Made by a program: the position numbers and the translations under genes
Notes under the pieces: generated by a model
Database searches by the model: none
Told to the model about the DNA's origin: nothing
Seen by the model: the letters and a program-made list of their open reading frames with translations, nothing else
Assembly: GCA_964016885.1 (NCBI GenBank)
Contig: OZ024755.1
Span: 18,476,001 to 18,540,000, forward strand
Length of the DNA stretch: 64,000 bases
Reading direction: 5' to 3'
Source of the DNA: Eledone cirrhosa
Taxonomy: Eukaryota
In this document: positions 36,692 through 48,652 of the stretch, in pieces
Position numbering within the stretch: position 1 is the first letter of the stretch
Layout: each line of letters begins with the position of its first letter

Positions 36692-37624
36692 ATTTTATTG
36701 TGGCCCCAGTACTACTACTTTACAGTGTGTGCTGGGTGCATTTTATTGTGGTCCAAGCACTACTACTTTACAGTGTGGGCTGGGTGCATTTTATTGTGGT
36801 CCAAGCACTACTACTTTACAGTGTGTGCTGGGTGCATTTTATTGTGGTCCAAGCACTACTACTTTACAGTGTGTGCTGGGTGCATTTTATTGTGGTCCAA
36901 GCACTACTACTTTACAATGTGGGCTGGGTGCATTTTATTGTTGTCCAAGCACTACTACTTTACAATGTGGGCTGGGTGCATTTTATTGTTGTCCAAGCAC
37001 TACCAGTTTACAATGTGGGCTGGGTACATTTTATTGTGGTCCAAGCACTACCAGTTTACAATGTGGGCTGGGTACATTTTATTGTGGTCCAAGCACTACC
37101 AGTTTACAATGTGGGCTGGGTACATTTTATTGTGGTCCAAGCACTACCAGTTTACAATGTGGGCTGGGTACATTTTATTGTGGTCCAAGCACTACCAGTT
37201 TACAATGTGGGCTGGGTACATTTTATTGTGGTCCAAGCACTACCAGTTTACAATGTGGGCTGGGTACATTTTATTGTGGTCCAAGCACTACCAGTTTACA
37301 GTGTGGGCTGGGTACATTTTATTGTGGTCCAAGCACTACCAGTTTACAATGTGGGCTGGGTACATTTTATTGTGGTCCAAGCACTACCAGTTTACAATGT
37401 GGGCTGGGTACATGTTATTGTGGTCCAAGCACTACCAGTTTACAATGTGGGCTGGGTACATTTTATTGTGGTCCAAGCACTACCAGTTTACAATGTGGGC
37501 TGGGTACATTTTATTGTGGTCCAAGCACTACCAGTTTACAATGTGGGCTGGGTACATTTTATTGTGGTCCAAGCACTACCAGTTTACAGTGTCAGCTGGG
37601 TGCATTTTATTGTGGCATCAGGAC

Positions 37625-37628
<4 letters not shown>
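36692..37628. repeat. 48-bp minisatellite, about 19 copies
   Basis: TTTATTGTGGTCCAAGCACTACCAGTTTACAATGTGGGCTGGGTACAT; 16-aa repeat ORFs. Confidence 0.96.
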
Positions 37629-37669
<41 letters not shown>

Positions 37670-37947
37670 GCTATGATAGTCATGACTGAAAAATCTCAAG
37701 TGGTGATCATCTTTGTGAGAAAGTTATGAGGCTATGAGGCTGAAATCTTAATCCTTTCATTACCATATTTCTAAGGAGCAGTCTGGTCTCTGCCAGGGTT
37801 AAAAATGCCCTAGAAACGTCATGTCAATATCAGTGCCCCTACGTCTCTCCCATGAGTTACAGGACCATACACTGTCTGTTTCAATTGATTTGGAAAATAA
37901 TCAAGATTTAGAGGGATTTAGTAAAATAACTAAACATCTCTTAGGAG

Positions 37948-38182
37948 GTATCGACAGTCGATCAACAAGAACCCAGACCTCATCAAATCGGACCTAGGAA
38001 ACAATGTTTCCATTGGTTTTTCCATTTGCTAATACTATCTACCGGTTGCAAGTCCAGGAAGAAAGATCAATGTGAAATAAAGTGTCTTGCTCAAGGACAT
38101 AATGCATCACTTGGTCCAGGAATCAAACTCACAACCTCATGATTGCAAATCCAATTCTCTAACCACTCGGCCATGCGCCTTC
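37948..38182 (-). mobile_element. SINE family 3
   Basis: tRNA head GAAGGCGCATGGCCGAGTGGTTAGAG, CORE-like CCTTGAGCAAGACACTT, distinct 3' body. Confidence 0.85.
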
Positions 38183-38351
38183 ACTAAAGAGGTATTAACT
38201 TAATTATGAACAGTCTAAAATGTGAGATTTTATGTCTTAGAACAGGAGACCATATCAGGTGTGTTAAACCAATCATAGATATGAAAAATATGTTTTACTA
38301 TAAAAGTATTGGGTATTTACATCCAAGTTTGAATATTATATATATGAGAGA

Positions 38352-38400
<49 letters not shown>

Positions 38401-38928
38401 TGTGTGTTTAAAATATTTGAAAAAATTTCTAATAATATAGTATATAAGCAGAAGAAAAACAAAATAAAACAATTTTCTTGAGTAAACATCTATTTAAATC
38501 TAAGCGTGGAAGAATATATTCAATTTATTTAAAGTCATGTATTTACTGTCGGGGAGATAGGTCTGTTGATTTACACAAATATATATATACGCAATATAAT
38601 GTAAATATGAATAGTTCTAAAAGATTGGAATTTCTATGGCTCCTACTGAAATATTTTTCTCGACATTTGAACACCTTACTAAAATAGTTTCCTAGACACT
38701 AAAATAAAATATATTTTACAACTGCCAGGATAATATAGAAAATAGAAATATCAAACTGAATCAACATTTAACAGTTAAATTGTTAAAGATTACATTCTTT
38801 TTATTTTCTTCTAGTATGTAATATTCCTTTATTTTTTATTTTTTGACCCCCTTTAGTCATGACTGAACATTGGATTTGCACCTAGAAAGTTCCATCTCCA
38901 AGGTAAAAGTCCAGGCAAGATTGTTTGT

Positions 38929-39270
38929 GGAAGCACATGGCTTAGTGGTTAGAGCATTGGCCTTGCAATCAAAAGGTTGTGAGTTCAATTCTCAGACCGG
39001 GTGATGTGTAGTTTCCTTGAGCAAGACACTTTATTTCACATTGCTCCAGTTTACTCAGCTGTAGAAATGAGATGATAGGGACTGGGGTCCCTATCATTCC
39101 ACTGCAAAGTGGTTGTGGAGGTGCCACGGCAAAAAAAGCACCCAGCACTCACTGTAAATGAGGTTGGTGTTAGGAAGGGCATCCAGCTGTAGAAATCAAG
39201 CCAGAATCAGTTCCCGTCCCACCCTTGCAAGCAGGGAAAAAGTGGATGTAAAATGATGGTGATGATGATG
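38929..39270 (+). mobile_element. SINE family 2, full length
   Basis: As 30966; internal perfect hairpin ATGATAGGGAC-TGGG-GTCCCTATCAT. Confidence 0.9.
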
Positions 39271-39363
39271 AAGACCAGCAGTCAACACATTGGTCTCCCC
39301 TCTCCACATCACGGATGTTATCCAAAGGAAAGGCAAAGGCCAATACATATATATATATATAGT

Positions 39364-39638
39364 GGAGGCATGTGGCCTAGTGGTAAGGGTGTTGCACTTA
39401 CGATCATAATGTCGTGGGTTCGATTCATGGGTTGCGTTTTGTGTTCTTGAGCAAAACACTTCTTTTCACGTTGCTCCAGTATACTCAGCTGAAAATGAGA
39501 ACCAACAATAGCTGGGTGTTTAACTCTGCGATGGACTGGTGTACTGTCCAGAGGGAGTCTTGTACTCTCAGTTACTTCATGGCTTGAAACCAGGATAAGC
39601 ACCGGCCAAATGAGCCTTCTGGCTTAAGACAGACTTTA
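39364..39638 (+). mobile_element. SINE family 4 (tRNA head, CORE-like, different 3' module)
   Basis: TGGCCTAGTGG / GGTTCGATTC boxes; CTTGAGCAAAACACTT; CTGCGATGGACTGG...GAAACCAGGATAAGC. Confidence 0.8.
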
Positions 39639-39715
39639 TATATATATATATATATATATAAAAATTTTAGTAAGTAAGTTAATTTTTAATTTTTAAAATT
39701 TTCTTATTTTATGTC

Positions 39716-39790
<75 letters not shown>

Positions 39791-40007
39791 TTAGTTAAGC
39801 AAAACAAGACCACAAATTTCACAAGGAAGACATTATTAAAAGATTGTCAACATATTTTCTACTGCATATTGCACATTGAGCACATGCCTTTACGCTTTGG
39901 CTTCTAACTAACTAATTCACCAATCTCTCCTCTCCTATCTCCATCTCTCTCTTTAAGATTGGTTACTCTTGAACTGTGTATGTATATATATATTTTTTTT
40001 TTTTTTA

Positions 40008-40220
40008 CGATCGACTTTCGTCAAATCGGACCGAGGAAAAAATGTTTCCGTTGGTCTTTCCAATTGCTAGTACTATCTATCGGTCGCAACTCCAGGTAGA
40101 TGGAGCAACGTGAAATAAAGTGTCTTGCTCAAGGACATAACGCATCGCCTGGTCCAGGAATTGAACTCACAAACTCAGGATTGCGAATCCAATTATCTAA
40201 CCACTCAGCCACACGCCTTC
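40008..40220 (-). mobile_element. SINE family 3
   Basis: Homologous to 37948-38182. Confidence 0.85.
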
Positions 40221-40243
40221 ATATAGATAGATAGAGAGAGAGG

Positions 40244-40362
<119 letters not shown>

Positions 40363-40516
40363 ATGGTTTGGTAAAGATATCCAGGGTGTAAAGACACCAG
40401 TTCATGGGACTAGTTTTAATGTTATTAAATTCAATACAACAACAAAGTCATAACATGGAAAAACATAAGGGGATACATTTCTCCTTGTTATGTTTTCAGT
40501 ATAGCATTGAATTTAA

Positions 40517-40705
40517 TAATTGTTTCTACTTTAGGCACAAGGCCAGCAATTACCAGTGCATTACTGGTACTTTATTTTATCGACTCCCGTAAGGATGAAA
40601 GGCAAAGTCAACCTCGGCGGGATTTGAACTCAGATCGTAAAGGGACGTAACTATGCTGGAAAGCATGGCGTCCGACCCTCTACCGATACTGCGAATCCAC
40701 CGCCC
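40517..40705 (-). mobile_element. SINE family 1 with 14-bp TSD
   Basis: TTGAATTTAATAAT on both sides. Confidence 0.92.
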
Positions 40706-40904
40706 TTTGAATTTAATAATAAAATATTTATATTGATAGGGTGTCATGTTTATGTGACAGACAGACAAACATGTTATACAGTTACTATATATAAAGAGAT
40801 TAAGTATACAGCTGTGATCCCTTGTAGCTCTCTTCTGAACTTTACCCTCAACATTTTTAACTTTTGACTTTATTTGGTAGACTGACAGGGCTACTTAAAT
40901 GTGG

Positions 40905-41940
40905 ATGTGTGTGTGTGTGTGTGGGAATTAACAGTGTTTGTATGTGTGTGTGCGTGAATTAACAGTGTTTGTATGTGTGTGTGTGGGAATTAACAGTGTT
41001 TGTATGTGTGTGTGTGGGAATTAACAGTGTTTGTATGTGTGTGTGTGGGAATTAACAGTGTTTGTATGTGTGTGTGGGAATTAACAGTTTATGTGTGTGT
41101 GTGTGTTGGAATTAACAGTGTTTGTATGTGTGTGTGTTGGAATTAACAGTGTTTGTATGTGTGTGTGTGGGATTTAACAGTGTTTGTATGTGTGTGTGTG
41201 GGAATTAACAGTGTTTGTATGTGTGTGTGTGGGAATTAACAGTGTTTGTATGTGTGTGTGTGGGAATTAACAGTGTTTGTATGTGTGTGTGGGAATTAAC
41301 AGTTTATGTGTGTGTGTGTGTTGGAATTAACAGTGTTTGTATGTGTTGTGTTGGAATTAACAGTGTTTGTATGTGTGTGTGTGGGATTTAACAGTGTTTG
41401 TATGTGTGTGTGTGGGAATTAACAGTGTTTGTATGTGTGTGTGCGTGAATTAACAGTGTTTGTATGTGTGTGTGTGTGAATTAACAGTGTATGTGTGTGT
41501 GGGAATTAACAGTGTTTGTATGTGTGTGTGTGGGAATTAACAGTGTTTGTATGTGTGTGTGTGGGATTAACAGTGTTTGTATGTGTGTGTGTGGGAATTA
41601 ACAGTGTATGTATGTGTGTGTGGGATTAACAGTGTTTGTATGTGTGTGTGTGGGAATTAACAGTGTTTGTATGTGTGTGTGTGGGAATTAACAGTGTTTG
41701 TATGTGTGTGTGCGTGAATTAACAGTGTTTGTATGTGTGTGTGTGTGAATTAACAGTGTATGTATGTGTGTGTGGGAATTAACAGTGTTTGTATGTGTGT
41801 GTGTGGGAATTAACAGTGTTTGTGTGTGTGGGAATTAACAGTGTGTGTGTGTGTGATTTAACAGTGTTTGTGTGTGTGTGTGTGTGGGATTTAACAGTGT
41901 TCGTGTGTGTGTGTGGGGGGGATTTAACAGTGTTTGTGTG

Positions 41941-41975
<35 letters not shown>

Positions 41976-42320
41976 GTGGGTGGGGGGGATTTAACAGTGT
42001 TTGTGTGTGTGTGTGTGTGTGGGATTTAACAGTGTTTGTGTGTGTGTGTGTGTGTGGGATTTAACAGTGTTTGTGTGTGTGTGTGTGTGGGATTTAACAG
42101 TGTTTGTGTGTGTGTGTGGGGGGGATTTAACAGTGTTTGTGTGTGTGTGTGTGGGGGGGGATTTAACAGTGTTTGTGTGTGTGTGTGTGGGATTTAACAG
42201 TGTTTGTGTGTGTGTGTGTGTGGGATTTAACAGTGTTTGTGTGTGTGTGTGTGTGGGATTTAACAGTGTTTGTGTGTGTGTGTGAGAACTAACAGTGTTT
42301 GTGTGAAAATTAACAGTTTG
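40905..42320. repeat. About 30-bp minisatellite (GT)nGGGAATTAACAGTGTTTGTAT with variable GT length
   Basis: Direct; shifts to a GGGATTTAAC variant after about 41850. Confidence 0.95.
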
Positions 42321-42334
42321 TATTTCTACTTTTC

Positions 42335-42838
42335 TGTATATTGTATATGTGTATATGTATATGTGTGTATTGTATATGTGTATATTGTATATGTGTATAT
42401 TGTATATTGTATATGTGTATCCTGCATATGTGTATATTGTATATATGTATATTGTATATATGCATATTGTATATGTGTATATATGTATATGTGTATATGT
42501 GTATATGTGTATACTATATGTGTATATATGTATATGTGTATATATGTATACTGTATATATGTATATTGTATATATGTATATTGTATATGTGTATATTGTA
42601 TATATATATATATATATGTATACTGTATATGTTGTATATGTGTATATGTATATTGTATATGTGTATATATGTATACTATATATGTATATATGTATATGTG
42701 TATATATATATACTATATATGTATATATGTATATGTGTATATATGTATATGTGTATATATGTATACTATATATGTATATGTGTATATATGTATACTATAT
42801 ATGTGTATATATGTATACTATATATGTGTATGTTGTAT
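42335..42838. repeat. Degenerate (GTATAT)n low-complexity tract
   Basis: Direct. Confidence 0.9.
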
Positions 42839-43119
42839 AAATAATGTCAAAAATCAGGTTAAATTGGAAGCAATTTGTAGACACATCAAACTAGTCCCTA
42901 AAATGACCCTCATAGCGACCTTCTCTCTCTGACATATATCATGGAGGTTAAGGGGCCATGGAGGTTAGGATGAATAAAAATCTAAAATCAGGTTGTAACC
43001 TTTACTTCTTTTTTTTTATTAGATTTCATCAAAGGATAATTTTACTACAATACCACAAACTTCGACCCCACCCAAAACTCACACTGTACCCCCCCCCCCC
43101 GCGCCATCCGCAAACCTAC

Positions 43120-43690
43120 ATCCAACAACCCCATCCCAAACCTACACACCAACCAACCCATTCAAAACCACACCCCATTCAAAACTCACACTCCAACCAC
43201 CCCATCCATAATCCCACACTCCAACCACCCCATCCATAATCCCACACTCCAACCACCCCATCCATAACCCCACACTCCAACCATCCCATCCAAAACTCAC
43301 ACTCCACCCCCACTTAAAAGCCCCACTCCAACCACCCCACCCAAAAGCCCCACTCCAACCATCCCACCCAAAAGCCCCACTTTAACCATCCCACCCAAAA
43401 GCCCCACTCCAACCATCCCACCCAAAAGCCCCACTCCAACCATCCCACCCAAAAGCCCCACTCCAACCACCCCATCCCAACCATTCCACCCAAAAGCCCC
43501 ACTCCAACCATCCCACCCAAAAGCCCCACTCCAACCATCCCATCCAAAAGCCCCACACCAACCATCCCACCCAAAAGCCCCACTCCAACCATCCCATCCA
43601 AAAGCCCCACACCAACCATCCCACCCAAAAGCCCCACTCCAACCACCCCACCCAAAAGCCCCACTCCAACCATGCCATCCAAAAGTCACA
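43120..43690. repeat. 27-bp C-rich minisatellite (CCCACTCCAACCATCCCACCCAAAAGC)
   Basis: Direct; 9-aa repeat ORFs. Confidence 0.93.
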
Positions 43691-43837
43691 CACTTCAGCC
43701 CGCCCCCGCCCCCCATATCCCCCCCAAAACCCTCCACTATAAACAACACTTCCAATATACAGCTATCAAATTCCCTGCCTTACATGTTACCAGTACACTG
43801 AAACAGAGCACAGGAACTGATACAGTAAATTTGGCAA

Positions 43838-43990
43838 TTATAGATGATAATATGTTGAGAATTGAAGGGCAACAGCCTTGCTTCTGTCCTGCTCAATAAC
43901 AATAGAATCTGGATCAGACAAATATCTAGACCAATTTTTCTCTTCAGCTGAATCACACAAACCCTCACTTCCACATACCACACACCAGCA
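43838..43990 (-). CDS. Candidate terminal coding exon (CWCVVCGSEGLCDSAEEKNWSRYLSDPDSIVIEQDRSKAVALQFSTYYHL*)
   Basis: Strong acceptor CTCTTCTCCTCTTTCTCCAG, 50 open codons of unique protein-like sequence. Frame is uncertain, and the pyrimidine tract could derive from the adjacent (GA)n. Confidence 0.35.
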   Translation of the reverse strand, partial: CWCVVCGSEGLCDSAEEKNWSRYLSDPDSIVIEQDRSKAVALQFSTYYHL

Positions 43991-44019
43991 CTGGAGAAAG
44001 AGGAGAAGAGCATAGGAGA

Positions 44020-44393
44020 TAGCTAGATAGATAGAGAGAGAGAGAGAGAGGGAGAGAGATAGGGGTGATAGATAGATAGATAGAGAGAGATAGAGGGAGA
44101 GAGAGAGAGAGATAGGGGTGATAGATAGATAGATAGATTTCTTTATTAGCCACAAGGGCGCAACAAGAAAGGGGACAATACAAAGACATGCCGGGGAGAG
44201 AGATAGGGGTGATAGATAGATAGGGGTGATAGATAGATAGAGAGAGAGGGAGAGATAGAGAGAGATATGGGTGATAGATGGATAGAGAGAGAGAGATAGG
44301 GGTGATATATATATATATAGAGAGAGAGAGTGAGAGAGATAGGGGTGATATATATATATATATAGAGAGAGAGAGAGTGAGAGAGATAGGGGT

Positions 44394-44429
<36 letters not shown>

Positions 44430-44468
44430 TAGAGGTGATAGAGAGAGAGGGGTGGTATATATATAGAT
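44020..44468. repeat. (GA)n/(GATA)n compound repeat with GATAGGGGT units; holds a Tx1-like tail at 44138-44195
   Basis: Direct. Confidence 0.85.
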
Positions 44469-44856
44469 AATTTTCTTTTTATTTGCCACCAGGGCATCAA
44501 AAAGTGGGACAAGTACAATGGGGGAGTTTACAAAACAAGGCGTCCTCAATAAGGAGGAGGCAATAACAAAATATAAAAATAAAATAAAATATAACAAAAT
44601 AAAATTTATAACAAAATCCTCAATAGAGAGGAGGCGCCTTGGGGGGTCGCACACACCCCCGAAAAAAAGTGTGCAACCCTTCTCCTCAGGAACACAGAGA
44701 GGGGGTGCTCCCTTGGTCTTTCATCTTCCTCACCTATAGTCTGATGTAGAGTGAAGGCCCATTCACACGGGCCATTCTCGCCACTTTCACCCATCTTTCA
44801 TAAAAACAGCTGGGGTGCAGCACCTCTCTCTCCATCCTGATCCTTCTTCCGAAATG
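44469..44856 (-). mobile_element. Tx1/L1-like LINE 3' end
   Basis: Minus frame HFGRRIRMEREVLHPSCFYERWVKVARMARVNGPSLYIRL* (44856-44734), then a UTR ending GGTGGCAAATAAAAAGAAAA before TATC repeats. Confidence 0.55.
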
Positions 44857-44875
44857 GGTGGTATATATATATCAG

Positions 44876-45200
44876 TATACACTGAGGATGAAAAACTCAG
44901 AGCTGTATGGGAGCATCCCAAAAGTCAGCTCAAAAGTGACACAGAGAAGACTGAGGTTGGCTGAACATGCTCACCGGCATCCAGAGTTGACATTGCACTC
45001 AGTGCTCCTTTGGGAGCCCCTACATGGACACACTAGAAGAGGAAGACCAAGGTTAACATATGTTGATGCCCTAAGGACAGACACTGGTCTGTTGGAGATG
45101 CAGGATATGGCAGCGATAATGAGGGACAGAGACCGCTGGAGAGAACTCGTCCATGGATCTCGGGAATTTTACCCACCTTAGATAGATAGATAGATATGTA
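44876..45200 (+). mobile_element. RTE-superfamily LINE 3' end with (ATAG)n tail
   Basis: RRLRLAEHAHRH...LLWEPLHG...RGRPRLTYVD...DTG...MRDRDRWR; stop overlaps the TAGA tail. Confidence 0.8.
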
Positions 45201-45504
45201 TAGATAGATAGAGAGAGAGAGGGGAAATGGAAAAAAAGAGAGTGAGAGAGATGAAATGAGATAAAGAGAGAGAGAGGGAAGAGAAAGGGCCAGAGAGGGT
45301 GGCTAGAAAACGATGGGGTGGGTGTAGGTCTACCCCAGTATAAGCTGCATGTTACCCATCAGGACAAACTGATTGTTTTATTTCTAAATGAAAATAAATA
45401 ACTATTATCACAGTTGGGTTTATGTCAGTTCTGCCATGTTGGTTGGTTTAAGATGGGGGACTTGTGAATGGCTGAGTTAATAGGGGATAGGGGTGGCAGG
45501 GAGG

Positions 45505-45558
45505 GGGAGAGGTGTGTGTGTGTGTGAGGTGTGTGTGAGAGAGAGGTGTGTGAGAGAG

Positions 45559-45622
<64 letters not shown>

Positions 45623-46755
45623 GTGTGTGTGTGAGAGAGAGAGGTGTGTGTGTGAGTGAGAGAGAGAGGTGTGTGTGTGAGAGAGAGAGGTGTGTGTGAG
45701 AGAGAGAGGTGTGTGTGTGTGTGTGAGAGAGAAGTGTATGTGAGAGAGAGAGGTGTGTGTGTGTGTGAGAGAGAGAGGTGTGTGTGTGAGAGAGAGAGGT
45801 GTGTGTGAGAGAGAGAGGGTGTGTGTGTGTGTGAGAGAGAAGTGTATGTGAGAGAGAGAGGTGTGTGTGTGTGAGAGAGGTGTGTGTGTGTGAGAGAGAG
45901 AGGTGTGTGTGTGAGAGAGAGAGGTGTGTGTGAGAGAGAGAGGTGTGTGTCAGAGAGGTGTGTGTGAGAGAGAGAGGTGTGTGTGTGTGAGAGAGAAGTG
46001 TATGTGAGAGAGAGAGGTGTGTGTGTGTGAGAGAGAGGTGTGTGTGTGTGAGAGAGAGAGGTGTGTGTGTGAGAGAGAGAGGTGTGTGTGAGAGAGAGAG
46101 GTGTGTGTGAGAGAGGTGTGTGTGAGAGAGAGAGGTGTGTGTGTGTGAGAGAGAAGTGTATGTGAGAGAGAGAGGTGTGTGTGTGTGAGAGAGAGGTGTG
46201 TGTGTGTGAGAGAGAGAGGTGTGTGTGTGAGAGAGAGAGGTGTGTGTGAGAGAGAGAGGTGTGTGTCAGAGAGGTGTGTGTGAGAGAGAGAGGTGTGTGT
46301 GTGTGAGAGAGAGGTGTGTGTGTGAGAGAGAAGTGTATGTGAGAGAGAGAGGTGTGTGTGTGAGAGAGAGAAGTGTGTGTGAGAGAGAGAGGTGTGTGTG
46401 TGAGAGAGAGGTGTGTGTGAGAGAGAGGTGTGTGTCAGAGAGGTGTGTGTGAGAGAGAGAGGTGTGTGTGTGTGAGAGAGAGGTGTGTGTGTGTGTGAGA
46501 GAGAAGTGTGTGTGAGAGAGAGAGGTGTGTGTGTGTGAGAGAGAGAGGTGTGTGTATGAGAGAGAGAGGTGTGTGTGAGAGAGAGAGGTGTGTGTCAGAG
46601 AGGTGTGTGTGAGAGAGAGAGGTGTGTGTGTGTGTGTCAGAGAGGTGTGTGTGTGTGAGAGAGAGAGAGAGAGGTGTATGTGAGAGAGAGAGGTGTGTGT
46701 GTGTGTGAGAGAGGTGTGTGTGTGTGTGTGAGAGGTGTGTGTGTAGAGAGAGAGG
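45505..46755. repeat. Alternating (GT)n/(GA)n compound microsatellite
   Basis: Direct. Confidence 0.95.
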
Positions 46756-46894
46756 TAGCTACAGGTACCATGCCTAGGGTTGTACTGTCACTCTTACCTA
46801 TCAATAGTTATGCTCTCACCTATCTCACAGTTGTAGTTGTTGCTGTTGTTTAACTCATTCTCCCTACCCACCCCACTGCACTAAACAAGCAAAC

Positions 46895-47250
46895 GTATGT
46901 GTGTGTGTGTGTGTGTGTGAGTGTGTGTGTGTGTGTGTGAGTGTGTGAGTGTGTGTGTGTGAGTGTGAGTGAGTGTGTGTGAGTGAGTGTGTGTATGTGA
47001 GTGTGAGTGTATGTGTGTGTGAGTGTATGTGAGTGTGAGTGTGTGTGTGTGAGTGAGTGAGTGTGAGTGAGTGAGAGTGTGTGTGTGAGTGAGTGTGAGT
47101 GAGTGGTGCGAGTGTGAGTGTGTGTGTGAGTGTGTGTGAGTGTGAGTGAGTGTGTGTGAGTGTGAGTGAGTGTAAGTGTGTGTGAGTGTGTGTGAGTGTG
47201 AGTGAGTGTGTGTGAGTGTGAGTGAGTGTAAGTGTGTGTGAGTGTATGTG

Positions 47251-47290
<40 letters not shown>

Positions 47291-47326
47291 TGAGTGAGAG
47301 TGTGAGTGAGTGTGTGCGAGTGTGTG
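46895..47326. repeat. (GT)n/(GAGT)n microsatellite
   Basis: Direct. Confidence 0.95.
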
Positions 47327-47645
47327 TTGGACTCCACCATTGGTTCCAACTATGACCGTTCCTGTTCCTCTAATAACAGAACAGCCTGCTCATGAAATTA
47401 ACGTGCTGCAAGTGTCTGAGCATTACACAGGCACGTGTATGTACCCCATAACAGGGAGAGTCAGCACAATACAGTATGTGATGGGGCTGACCCTTTAATT
47501 CAACAAATACAATTCAATATTATCAGCTGAGTGGACTGGATCACTGTGAAATAATGTCTTGCTCAAGGACCCTAATATGTTATTGGGAGTCTGACCTCAA
47601 TATTGTGAGGGGAACACAGTGACCATTAAGCCACACACACCTTCA
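47327..47645 (-). mobile_element. SINE family 5 (decayed tRNA head, CORE-like, distinct body ending at the CA tract)
   Basis: Minus: GAAGGTGTGTGTGGCTTAATGG...CCTTGAGCAAGACA...CACTCAGCTG...CACGTTAATTTCATGAGCAGGCTGTTC. Confidence 0.65.
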
Positions 47646-47895
47646 GGCAGATCTCTGATCAAAGACATTCAGACATAGGGTATGCAGGACCAAATTGTTC
47701 AATATGTGTCCTTCTTCTTTCATGACATCAGAGTATGACTTTAAAGAGATTCAGCTGCTACTTATTGTAAACTGGGGCCAGAGGACAGAGAACCTTTTGG
47801 GCAATAAGGTATGGTGTGTGGTGTAATAATACATTATTGTAAACTGGGGCCAAGGATTTATGGGACTTGGATAGCTGACTTCAGTTCCATAGGAG

Positions 47896-48085
47896 AAATG
47901 TTCCCTTCCCAGACGGGCAGATCTGTGTGTTGTGAGAGAAACCAAACTTCATGTCAATATTCCCTTTCCAGAGGAGCAGGTGTGTGTGTGTTGCTATAGA
48001 AACCAAACTTCATGTCAAAGTTTCTTTCCCAGAGGGTCAGATTTGTGTGTTGCTATAGAAACCAAACCTCATATCAATGTTCCCT
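47896..48085. repeat. About 60-bp degenerate repeat x3
   Basis: AGAAACCAAAC(T/C)TCAT three times. Confidence 0.75.
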
Positions 48086-48261
48086 ATATTTATAATTTCC
48101 CCTGATTATTTACATTATTTACATAACACATGGATTTATAAAGAAAACAGAAATGTTGTATAAAGTGTTAATTGTCATACATAGCACACCTCTTATACCA
48201 TTTAGTTGGAACGACTTTAGGATACAACAGCCTTTCACGTCACTAAGTTATTTTCAATGTA

Positions 48262-48652
48262 GAATGTACTGGGTACATTTTATCATGACACCAGCACTAC
48301 CACCAAGTCTACCATTTTACAGTGTGTATTAGGTACATTTTATCATGACACCAGCACTACCACCAAGTCTACCATTTTACAGTGTGTATTAGGTACATTT
48401 TATCATGACACCAGCACTACCACCAAATCTACCATTTTACAGTGTGTATTAGGTACATTTTATCATGACACCAGCACTACCACCAAGTCTACCATTTTAT
48501 AGTGTGTATTAGGTACATTTTATCATGACACCAGCACTACCACCAAGTCTACCATTTTACAGTGTGTATTAGATACATTTTCTCATGACACTACCACCAA
48601 CACTACCACTTTACAGTGTGTATTCGGTACATTTTATTGTGGCACCAACACT
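48262..48652. repeat. 60-bp minisatellite, about 6 copies
   Basis: Near-identical 60-nt lines 48301-48540. Confidence 0.95.
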
